Assembly (NCBI GenBank): GCA_965113315.1 | Contig: OZ220365.1 | DNA from: Podarcis vaucheri | Lineage: Eukaryota | DNA length: 64,000 nt | Direction: 5' to 3' (one strand) | Shown here: positions 50,801 to 62,800 of the stretch, in pieces | How positions within the stretch are numbered: the stretch's first letter is position 1 | How the letters are laid out: the number at the start of each line of letters is the position of its first letter | The notes under the pieces: generated by a model | What the model was told of the DNA's origin: nothing | The model's input: only the letters and a program-made list of their open reading frames with translations | Databases searched by the model: none | Made by a program: the position numbers and the translations under genes

Positions 50801-53800
50801 ACACTTTCTTAATAGAATCTATAGGAAGTGGCTTTGTAATATTGGTCCATCCAGCTCAGGGTTTCAAACAGTGCCACTTGAAGATGCTAGCCACTGATTC
50901 TTGGGACCTTTTTTTGCACACAAGGCATCTACTCTACCCCTGAGCAATGGCATTTATCTGGGTGGATTCCGACAGCCTCATTGACTTCACAGTTGTATTT
51001 ACCTTTAGGCTATGCCAGGTGTGTCCAACAGGTAGATCATGATCTACTGGTAGATCTCAGGCCCCTCAGCGATCTCCTCCTCCCCCTCCCCCCAAAGAAG
51101 CTCAACAGCTTTGGCCTCCTAAAAAGCTCAACAACTTTGGTCCATCCAACAACAATGGGTAGATCATTGCCAGTTTTTTCATAGTGTGAGTAGATCACAG
51201 TCTTTGGGAGTTGGACGTCCCTGGGCTATGCTGTTGCTCTTTTGAGTTGTGCAAAAGGAGCTTGAAGCCAAAAGAGTAGCTAAATAACCAGGGCATTTGT
51301 GTTAATCTGAAGTTAACTTTTCCTGAGCTAACTACAGTACTTTTGCTTATTTGCTATAGATTTAAAGGTGTTTTGTGGGCAAAAGTGTGTGTTGTGAAGA
51401 AGAGGGGGAGTGTAAATTTTCCTCTTGGTTTCTCTCAAATAGCTGAACTTGGCTTCTCAGTCAGTACTAGAAGGCCTGAATGCTTGTTTTGACCATCGGG
51501 CAGAGATTTACATTCCTGAGTTGGGAATGAGCTTCCATGTGCAACACAAGAAAACAAAGATCTTTGGATGCCAGAATCCCTACAGGCAAGGAGGTGGCAG
51601 AAAGGGGTTGCCCAAATCTTTTCTGAACAGATTCACACAGGCAAGTCCATAACGTCATTTAAAAACTATTTCTCTTGTCCTCCTTGCAGTTCCTTTCTAA
51701 ATGGAATCATTTGCAAGCGCACTGTGCATTTTTCTGTGTCTACATAAAAATAATACTTGAGTCTCACCTCCCACCCCATTTAATTCTATTGATGATGTAG
51801 GTTTTCGTGGACCCTCTCTCATCCGCAGACATGGAGTACATTGGAAATACCCTGTTTCCTGCTATTGACAAAAAGATTATTGCAAAAATGGTTGAATTTA
51901 ACAACATGGTAAGTATAATTCCTGAAACTCCTCTTGATGATATGAGTGGTCTTCTTAAGGAGAGGGACTTCAGGGTTCTGGTGACTGTCCCCACAAGTCC
52001 AAGCCAATGACTGCTGCAACTATGTGAAAAGCTGGTCACAGTTTTCATTCGAACATGTATTGAGACAAACTTCATTTGTAGTCATTTTCAACTCTGGAGT
52101 TGCAGTGGCATGTGAACTAGCTGGGCTCCACAGATAAAAGCCACTGCAGACTGGGTTTGTATTTCATTTTTTGTTGCCTAATATATCAGACAGAACTTCC
52201 CTTTTTTTCTTCCTATGGCATGCTCCGTTTGTGTGGCTAAGGCTTACTAAGTCTGAGTTCACATAAAAGTTTCTTTGAGGCTTTCCCCCTAGCAAGTAGG
52301 CATAGAATCATACATGTGTGTCCAAGGTAAGACAACTGCATGTTGTATGTGTTTAGGTTTCCCCAGTTATTCTGGAACAAGAGCATTCCATAAAGATTTT
52401 GAATGGACGGTAAAGAGTGGTGGTAGCTTAGAAGAGCAGTAAATTAAGTTGAATGCTTGGCGCGATGAATGCTTTCTTGTGCAATAGCGTTTTAATAATC
52501 TACCATGAGCTGAAACACGTCTGAGTTTTTAATCTTTTGAACTGGTACGTTATTCAGATTGATCAAGAAGTTATGATTGAGAAGAAGTGGGGGCATAAAG
52601 GTGGACCTTGGGAGTTTAATCTGCGTGACCTTTTCCGATGGTGTCAGCTGATGCTTGTTGACCAGTCGCCTGGCAGTTACGATCCAGGCCAACACATGTT
52701 CTTGATATACGGGGAAAGAATGAGAACAAATACAGACAAGGAGAAGGTAAGGAGCATGAAAAATGTGTTTAATCCTATTAGTCTTTTCTGTTTTACAAGT
52801 ATGGATATGTTAAACCATTCTTGGATCTTAAACACAAATTTTACTGAGGTTTTTTTTTTGGTACCTTTTCCCACATTATTTGAAACATTGAATGACTTCT
52901 ATTTAAGATTATCTACTTTCCTCCAGGGCCTTGAATTAGCATTTCAGTTAAGCAGGTGCAGGATTTGAAGGGACCTCATGTAGTTTTATCACCATTCATG
53001 TGCTAAGGATGTGTTAGAGATAGATTAAACTCCTGGTACATTGGGTAAGAGGGCTTACAGCAAGTGTGTGGAAAGGGAACCTACCTAAGTGTAATTTCAT
53101 TGCGATTAGGGAGCTTGATCAGACAAAATGATCCCACAGCTTTCTTGCTGTGTCCTGTGCCAGCAACTCTCAGATACCACAATCAGCCTTTAGTGGATTT
53201 GCAGAATGTTGTTCTCGTTTTGCTTATGATTAGTACTCAGAAAAATGGCGTGAAAAATAAATGTGGTTTTGAGGGGCAATTTAAAACATACTGGCCCCGC
53301 ATGTAAGCAGTCTAGTTGTGCATTCCAGCTTCTCTCAAGCTGAGGCTTAGTTCAGGTTGCAGCTGAGCATTACAAGCTGGGCAGATCTGTATCCTGAAGC
53401 AGGTGACTTCAGACTTCAACAAACAACCCATTTGGAGTTTCCCCGGTTTCTTTTGAAATCGTTCATTTGAGAGTTGCTGCAGAATTAGAATATAAGGATT
53501 TCAGCATTTGTTATAAATGTGATCTTTCATCTGTTTTTTGTTTGTTTGTTTGTTTGTTTGTTTTAGGTAGTGTGTCTATTCAGGGACATTTTTGGTCAGG
53601 ATGCTGAACCATATATGGGTTCCAGACAGTTCCACATCACTCCTTATGACGTCCAGGTGAGAGAGAACAAAAGTTGCTGCTACTTGGGCATCTTCTTGAA
53701 TTTCTGCTCCACACTATACATGCACACTAATGCACTTGCTTATTTTGTTTTTAATTCTACTGAAGGTTGGTTTCTCAATCCTCTCCCGCGCAAACTATGC

Positions 53801-56800
53801 TCCTCCTCCTGGCAGAAACCTATCCCTGCTCCACCATTCACTCCAGCCCTTGGAGTCCATCATGAAATGTGTGCATATGAGTTGGATGGTGATATTGGTA
53901 GGCCCTGCGGCTGCTGGCAAGACCAGCCTCATTCAGCTTCTAGCATATCTGACAGGTCATCAGTTGAAGATCATGGCAATGAACAGTTCTATGGATACAA
54001 CCGAGCTGTTAGGTGGCTTTGAGCAAGTAAGTGTGCATTTTTTAAATTTGGGAATAAGGACAAGTCAAGTGCATACAAGATACCACTTAACTTAAATTTG
54101 AGGAGTATATGAATGGGCAAAGTTTAAATGTCTTAACTGAAAGCAAGAAAGAAACACCTCTAAGTGGTTTCCAAAACCGTGCTGAAGGAACCCAGTGGGA
54201 AGTGGTGGTTCAAGCAGTGACCAATGTAATAAATGTCCTATAGGTTGACATCATTAGGCCTTGGAAGAGCTTGCTGGAGAAGGTGGAGAACGTTGTAAGC
54301 ACACTTCTAAGGGACAGCCTCCTCCTCACTGCTATCTGTCCAGAAGATGCTGAAATTGTGCTGCGTGCCTGGAGCAGTTTCGTTCTAAATTTCAAGCCAA
54401 AGTCCCTTGGGGAAGGGAATCAAAACATAACCATTGAACTGGTGAACAAATTGGAGGGAGTCCTTGCACTGGTCCAGCGGCTGAACAACAAGATCAGCTC
54501 CTACTCAAAGCCAGGTATGTGCAGAAGCAGTAGGAAGTGATAGCGTTTTTCCCTTTTAAAATGTCATCAGCTAAGCATGTTCAAATTCCAGTTGCTGCAT
54601 GCCGCCAGAGAAGGCAAAAACCACAAAGCATTTTAAAGACTGCTCTGATGTTACAAGGAAGACATTTTCATGGCGAGAGATGGTGTGTCTTTATGGAGCA
54701 GTTGTCAACTGAGATAAATGTGTACAAATGTGACCAGAGGAAAAGTATGAGTATTTGTGGTGCCACATGGTCTAGACATGTGTGCAACCACCTCTCTATT
54801 CTCCTGCACCCACTGGCATTCAGCCGAAGTGTGCAGGAACTTTACATGTACAGTGATGAATGCACATAGAGCACTTGTGAGCAAGCCACCCAGGTCCATA
54901 TTTATTAAAGCTACATAATCTGCGGAAGCACAAAGCATAATTATTTGCTTCCTTAAAGATTTTTCCAGCCTCCATCACAGTTATGGTTGCTCTGCTCCCC
55001 CACACCAGTTAGCAATAGTCTATTATGTTTATCATTCTGTGAATATTAAAGACATTCTCCCTTTTTAATGAAAACCTGGTTGATCTACATGCATTAGTTT
55101 AGACATCACATCTTGTTGAAGCTAATGCAAAGATCTTATGATCACAACTGAACAAAGAAAGAGGGACCGTTTGTCTAAGTTGGTGAAGGATATTAGACTA
55201 AATGTAGTTGTGAAAAGCACTCTGTGTGAACCTTGAGTACTGGCTTATTGGTTCATTGAATTGTATTCTAAGTATCTCCCCCCCCCCCCCGATTTTAGAG
55301 TTTTCAAGACTTGTAGAAGAATTTCGGCACTTCAAGCTGCAGGTTATTCAGTATATGAGCAGCAGCAACCACGGCACATTTGAATGGGTTGATGGGATGT
55401 TGGTTCAGGCTTTACAGTCCGGAGAATGGCTCTTGATGGACAATGTTAACTTCTGCAGGTAAGCGCAACTGTGTTGTTAGAAAGAAATTATCATAAATAT
55501 AGAAAACCACATTGGATAAACGTCATTGAATCTCTGTTACAAATCATGTACCAGATCAAAGAGAGAAATTCAAGGAGTAGATCATCATTTACTGTTTCAA
55601 AGGAAACTGGATTATACAGTTATCTCCCATCTACTCAAGGAGGTCCTTTGTTCCAGCAGACACTTCCGTGAACAGAAGGGGGAAGTCATAAGGCAATTTT
55701 TGCTTATTTCTCCCTTCTCTCTGTAGTCTGCTGTGACACCCCCCCCCCCAAAAAAAAAGAATTCCTGCTCCAGAGGGTTAGGGAACACTTTGGAAAAGGA
55801 GGAGGCAATGCAGAAGAAAGGGGGAAGTTTGCAAAAAATTGCACAAATTGCTTTCCCCTCCCTTCCAGTCACAGAAGCATCCACTGGGGCAAAGAGTCTT
55901 TGTTGAGCAGAGGGGACAGAACTGGACACCATCCCATGATATTTCTGCATTACTTCCATATATCTGATGCTATAAAACTGATCGGATTGAGCAGGGGAGG
56001 GGGGGGGAGGAATACTCCTTCCATTATGAAGCCAAATGAATGCTTGCAGTTGTTAGTAAATCAGTGAGCCACCTTTAGTGCTTAATTGTTCCTTTGTTTC
56101 TTGTGTGTAGTCCTTCTGTGCTGGACCGCTTGAATGCTCTGCTTGAACCTGGAGGAGTCCTCACCATGAGTGAAAGAGGAGTGATTGATGGTGTAACCCC
56201 CACTATCACACCACATCCAAATTTCAGGTGCGCTGACATTCTTTGTGCTTATTGGAGTGTGTTGTTGGATTATGCTTAGAGAGTTGCAGTATGCATTGGG
56301 GTGGGAACACCGTCTCTTTAAGGTATCACTACTGCAGCCTTGAAAATAAGTGTAGGTTTGATCATCGCTCAGCTGGGTCAACAAAGTGATGTATTGCTTG
56401 ATAGTTTTCTCTTAGCACCCCCCTTTTTTTACAACAAGGTCATTTGTCTTCCTTTGCTGGGCAGCAAAGCAGTGTGATGCACAAATGCTAGTCTCTCCAC
56501 CTTCTCTGAACTGCATGTGTATATGCAGGCACACCCACACACATACGTTTTCATTCTCTGTTTAATTATTGCCTTTAGATTGTTACTGGATTCTTGTGTT
56601 TTTTAAAAAACCATTTCCTCCTTTTCTGTATAAAGCCTAGAGAGCATTTGCTATTTGGGTGCCCAGCAAGTTTAATAAATCAGGTTGGGGAGGTTGGTTG
56701 GTTAGAGTGCGGTGTTGATAATGCCAAGGTTGCAGGCTTGATCCCTGTATAGGGACAGTTGCATATTCCTTCACTGCAGGGGGCTGGAATCAGTGATCCT

Positions 56801-59800
56801 CAGGGTCCCTTCCAACTCTACAATTCTTTGATTCTAAGTAGGATAAGGAGAGGAGGAAGCCATGAAAGTAGCAGCCACAACATGCCTCTCTGTTCACCTA
56901 GCCAAGACAGTAGAACAGGGTGGTTAGTTCCCTTTTCTGCCAAGGCAGAGTTCCCTGGTGGTGGAGAGGAGGCAGTTCAGGGGTGCAATAAGCATTTTTT
57001 AAAAAAACTTTGTGCATAGGGAAGAGCCAGACAAACCAAGTACCCCTCTAATAGAAACTCAGCTTAGAAATGTACTGTTGGTATTGCTCTTATCAAGGTG
57101 ATAACCTTGATCGCTAAACATTGCAGGCAAGTGCCTAATTGCAAGGCTGTAGTGTGACCTCTTCCTCGCTCGCTCCACCCCAGGAGCAGCAGTGTAAGAT
57201 TACATACTGGATGGGTAACTTAAATAACCATACTCTCTTATGTGTATTGAAACTTAAAAAGGCTTTTCCTTTCGATGGATCCATCACACGGTGAAATATC
57301 CCGAGCCATGCGGAATCGTGGAATTGAGATCTACGTTCCTGGAGAGAGTGATTCATTGGATCTTCACGATGTGAAGCTGCTGCTTCATGGAATGGGCTTG
57401 TTTGGAAGCAGCATATGTGATGAGCTCGTGGCTGTGCATACAGAAGCTAAGGAAAGCATAGCAGGTGAGATAAGTATGCATAATAAACTTGGCAAGCGCT
57501 AAAGAGAATAACTTCTATTTAGTGACTGTGTTAGAGACCATCTGAGAGAGAGAATGAATTGGGAAATTTTGATTATGATTTCAGATTTATAATACGGAAG
57601 TTAGCTCAGGTAGGTGGTTTGAAAAAGGGGGAAAGCAAAAAAAATGGTTAAATTCCTAGGCATTCTACAAAGGTGCTTGGTGGGTTGTAATGTTAATTTT
57701 TCCTTCTCAGGTTCCTCTTGCACTCTATCTGCTTTGATTAATGCTGCAACGCTGATTGTGCAGCAGTTGCGCCGAGGATTCGGTTTAGCAAAGAGCTTCT
57801 ATAAAGCGTGCTGGGACATCTACGTCAGTTCACAACAGTCAGGAGACAATCAAAAGGTAAGTCTTCCTCCGTTGGAAATGTGCTCATCAAGTGTTTGTGC
57901 TAGAGAGTCATCTTTTGCAAAGTTGAGAGAGATAGTGAGAGACAGTTCAAAATCTGAGCAATCAAGAATTAGAGACCATGTATCTATCTATCTTTTCAAA
58001 CTAACTGCTACATTTTAATTGTTTTCCATGCCTGAGAAAAATGTTACAGAAAGAAGACTACTGTTGTTGTTTTTCCCAGTTGAAGAACCTAATCGCAACC
58101 CTTTGTCTCTCCTGATATACTAGCATATGCTGGACTTGATAATGAAGCATGTTTCAGTCTTGGAGTCAGAGGAAACGAGGGGTGCTTCCCTCCTTGCCTT
58201 AGGATTGTGGCCAGATTCTGCCTCCAGTGCTTTGTTTGCAGCTGAAGACTCTCTGCTTTCTATGGTTCATCACGATGGCCAGGTCCTGGCTTACTGCCTG
58301 AACAGGCTGAATCTGAGAAACAGCAGGTGAGCACAAGGTGTTGCTATCCCTCTGGGCATGTAAGAGTGAACTGTTCCAGGTTAATTGGTGAGCAGCCTTT
58401 TGCCTGCCCCTCTATGTAAATAAGTGAGCAACGTTAGCAGTTACATCTGCACTGGGCTACCATAGTTAAGGCCGTTTTCCTGCCTCCACTCTCCTTGTTT
58501 ACAAGGTAGCAAGCAGCTCTCATTCCCTATACCTGCGAAGCTTAAGCTGCTTTCAGATATGGGGTTTATTGTGCTGCTATTTTGGTTATAACGCTATCCC
58601 TGCTCTACCGGTTTCTAACATTCCTTTCACACTGCATTACCTGTTGCGTTATGGAACCGTGGCTTTTTGATGGATATACCACCATGTCATGCTAAAAGTC
58701 CTTCTCACCAGTGGGCGTGACGTGACGGGTGTCATTGGGCATTGCACCCCCCTCTATATGCATACATGCTTCAGTTCCCCCATTGTTCACCCATGAAAAT
58801 GTTGGGGGGAGGAGAACTGTATGATGGACTACCTACTCTCCTAGATTTCATCACATGAAAACGGCAGGGAAATTACAGCTCAAAACTACTGAGATATTCC
58901 AGGTTAATGGGGTGGTGCACAGTTGCTGTTGTCTTTCTGGAAGCAGTTAACATGGATATGAGCATTGAACTTCCATTAGGTCCCACAGATTTCCAGATAT
59001 GTCTTACATCATGTGAAAGATCACATAAAATGTGGGTGTTACCACATTTTTTTAATAGCGCATGTTGGAAAAATGGAATACTGTAAGGCGTCAATTCTGG
59101 ACGCGGCAATAGTTTGAAAGCATGGTTTCAGTGTCCAGCTGGGATTTTACTCAGAGTTAAGGCAGCACACCATGGTTACTTCTAACATGTTTAGAGGTTA
59201 AATCTCCTCTAGGCCTTTGGAAATTGTATAGATGGTTTGTTCTTTGCATAGGTATGCTCTTCTTACAATGACCTCTCGTTTCAGGACGCTGCCTCTCACT
59301 ATACATGACTTTGAGAAAATCCTGCACTCTCCTAATCCAGATTGCCTCAAATTTGGTGCAGTGGACACTAGTGCCTCTTGGGCAGATGGCATGGAGGTTC
59401 TTTCCGCAGCCGTTAAGTTATTCATAGAGAAAGCAACGAATCAAGACTGGACGTTGAGAGTTGGGTGGCTTAATCAGTTAAAAAAGAATTTGCCACAAGT
59501 GCCTGGTAAGTGTTGACTCTTGCTGCTTAAGCAAGACTAATCTGAATGTTTGTGGTGGTGGAAGAGAATCATGCAGCACGATCCTATGCTTGAGTTTTGT
59601 AAGTAAATGTAGAGAGATGGAGGAAGTCAAAAGCACAGCGTCACCAGAATAGTGTGTGCAATAAGTGAGTGAAAGGAAATAGTGTCTCATGGCCAAAAAA
59701 AAAATATAAAAAAATGATTAGACTCTCAACCCCAAAACTGGAATTTCTTGGCTCTGTGGCCTGCAGCTTCTTCTTGGCCTCTGATAATAATAACCATACC

Positions 59801-62800
59801 CATCTGGCTGGGTTTCCCTAGCTCACAACTGATTTCATATGTTGATACCAATTCAGCTTTATCTTGATTAATTGACTGCATTCTCCGCAGGGGTTGGCTT
59901 TCTTCTCACAGCTGCCCCATGAATACCCCACTCATTCAGGTTGCTGGGCTTTCAGCGCGTCACCTGATGTGTAAGGAGCTGCAGCTAATAGGAAGTAGCC
60001 CCCCCCCCCATATATGCACAGGAGTTCTTGGTCCTTATGCATGGGGTGGAAGGGGCTTTGGGATTGGATCGCAGCGGAATCCTTTGGCAGTCCAGGTGTT
60101 TTGATTCGTGGGACCCAGCACGTTTAATTGAAATTACACTGTTCTGTTTCGTTTCACTCGTTTTATAATTGTAATGGCTCTGTCTGTTTTCATCATTGTG
60201 CAATATATTGCTGCAACCTGCACTGACGATGAAGGGCGAGTAAGAATTCTTGCCAGCGTATAAATAAAAATAATAAGCTTAGAAAGGCATGAATTCACAG
60301 GTTGTCTTCTTTCTACAGATTCAGTGTATACTCAGCTGGAAGCCGGTGCAGCATCTCTGAATAATTTTTACTTCAGTCCCCTCTCAGGTGCGATCAGTAA
60401 TGTAATAAAGTTGCTGCAACCAAATATGACTGGTAAGATGTCTTATTTCTCTCTTGGCTGTGAGTGTGTATTCTCTTCCTATGTTTTTGATACAGTGAAG
60501 ATTGATTTGTGATATTGATGAGGTTATGGAGAGTGAAACGTAGCTTGCAACAGAACTGAGTGGGCTGTGTTTGTTTTTTTTTAAAAAAACCCTTTCATTG
60601 GGCTTAGAAAATGCTACTGTGCGTAAAATAAGGTAAAGGTACCCCTGCCCGAACGGGCCAGTCTTGACAGACTCTGGGGTTTGTGCGCCCATCTCACATC
60701 TATAGGCCGGGGGCCAGCGCTGTCCGCAGACACTTCCGGGTCACGTGGCCAGCGTGACAAAGCTGCATCTGGCAAGCCAGCGCAGCACCCGGAACGCCGT
60801 TTACCTTCCCGCTGGTAAGCGGTACCTATTTATCTACTTGCACCCGGGGGTGCTTTCGAACTGCTAGGTTGGCAGACGCTGGGACCGAACGACGGGAGCG
60901 CACCCCGCCGCGGGGATTCGAACCGCCGACCTTTCGATCGGTAAGCCCTAGGCGCTGAGGCTTTAACCCACAGCGCCACCCGCGTCCCATGTGCGTAAAA
61001 TAGGACGCAATAAATTGCATATTGGAACCTACCCCACGTTCGTTCCCATTTAAACAAATCTCTCCTTTATGTTGTAAACATGTGTTAGATGTCTTGCATC
61101 ATGTTCATGCTGGTGCATATTGCTCGCTCTATTTCTTGGATTGAGGGAGTTGGAAAATGTTTATAATGAAAACAAACGTTGAGTTTTCCTTGTTGTTCAT
61201 CTATCAAAACAGATGAGCATGTGATTCCTATGGATCCCAGATGGAACATGCAGTGTTTGGATATCATTAGCAATTCAGTGGATTTTGAAGCAGAAGAACA
61301 CTCGGATCAGCTGCTTATCCTGCTGCAATCACTTTCAAATCGGTGAGTTCATCACCCGTGGGCTATATCCGGGATGGGGAAACCCTGTGGCCGTTCAGGT
61401 GTTTTTGGTCTCCCAACTCTCCCCATATGCTCCAGCCATCATGGCCGATGGCCAGGCATAATGGGTGTCGTAGTTCCAGCAACATGTGGAGGACCAATTG
61501 GTATCCACCTTCTTTCTGTTATTTTGATTAGAAAAGTTAGTTTGTCATTTCCACTTTCTATAACAGTGTTTTTCAACACTAGTGTGCCACGAGATGTTGC
61601 CTGGTGTGCCGTGGGGAAAATTGAAAAATTCGAAAGATTTAAAAAAAAAAAGTCAAATTTTCGCCCACTAGGCAGGCGCTGGACTGTGTCCACCCTATTT
61701 TCCCTCCATCCTGGGTGGGGATCAGATCGGATGGGATCGGATGAGAGCGGACAGGCGGTCCGCTCTCATCCGATTCCCCAAGAGAGCAGCGGGGCTCTGA
61801 CATCTCCCTCTCCACACACAGTGCGGAGACGGAGCTGTCATCCGCCGGCTCAGCGGGGATCAGCGGATCAATCCCCGCTGAGCAGAGAACGGTCCGCAAC
61901 GTTTTTGTTTGCCATTAAAGAAAAAAATATTAAACCATGCTTGAATGTTAAACCATGCTTCTTTGTGTTTATTTGATTCCTGTTCAAGAGAATTACTTTA
62001 TATATAGTCAATATAGGCACAGAGTTAAATTTTTTAACATTTTCTAATGGTGGTGTGCCTCGTGATTTTTTTCATGAAACAAGTGTGCCTTTGCCCAAAA
62101 AAGGTTGAAAAACACTGTTCTATAATAATGTCTTTCCCTTTTTAAGTTGGCCGATAGTCTATAATTGCCACAGATTCCAATCCCCCCCAAACTGCTAAAA
62201 AACACCAACCAATCAATCCCTGGCTATGTTTTCTTTTGGAAGGCAAGTTGTAAGGCAGCTTTCGCTAACCCTTAAGAAGTTTTGAACTACAGTTCCCATC
62301 AGCCATAGCTATGCTGTGCTGGGACTGATAGGAGTTGTAGTCCAAAACATCTCAAGGGCACCAGGTTGATGAAGGCTGGTGTAATGTACAATCTAGAAAA
62401 AGTTGGGTACCCTTATGCTCACTGATAATCCATAATCTAAGCGTACAGTTACATCAAAACCTTTATTTCACAAGGAAACTCATTTTTACATAAATCATTC
62501 AGAATATTAATGCATCTTCTGCCATTACCCACTGCCATAGTCAGAATTCTTTCCTCCTGTTTTGTTTGTCTAATGCAGATTGTAAATTATCTATTCAGGA
62601 TCCATTTCACATTAGTATTTTGTAGTGTCTAATGTTTTCTCTGCATTATGTACATGTTAAATAGTCCCAACATGATTCAATTTGTGGGCTGTTGGCTTTC
62701 TCTTAACAGGATTTTGATATACTCTTGACATAATAACTTAATGATATCCATGTGGGTTTGTTGTGTTGTAATTACAGGGCAATACTGTTTCTGGACCGTG

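Noticed and set aside
56692-56760. tRNA gene
   Set aside because: Degenerate tRNA-like head joined to a CR1-type tail, so a SINE; the same applies to the Sauria SINE heads
61374-61976. 200-aa ORF
   Set aside because: Spans two unrelated non-autonomous transposons; no transposase similarity
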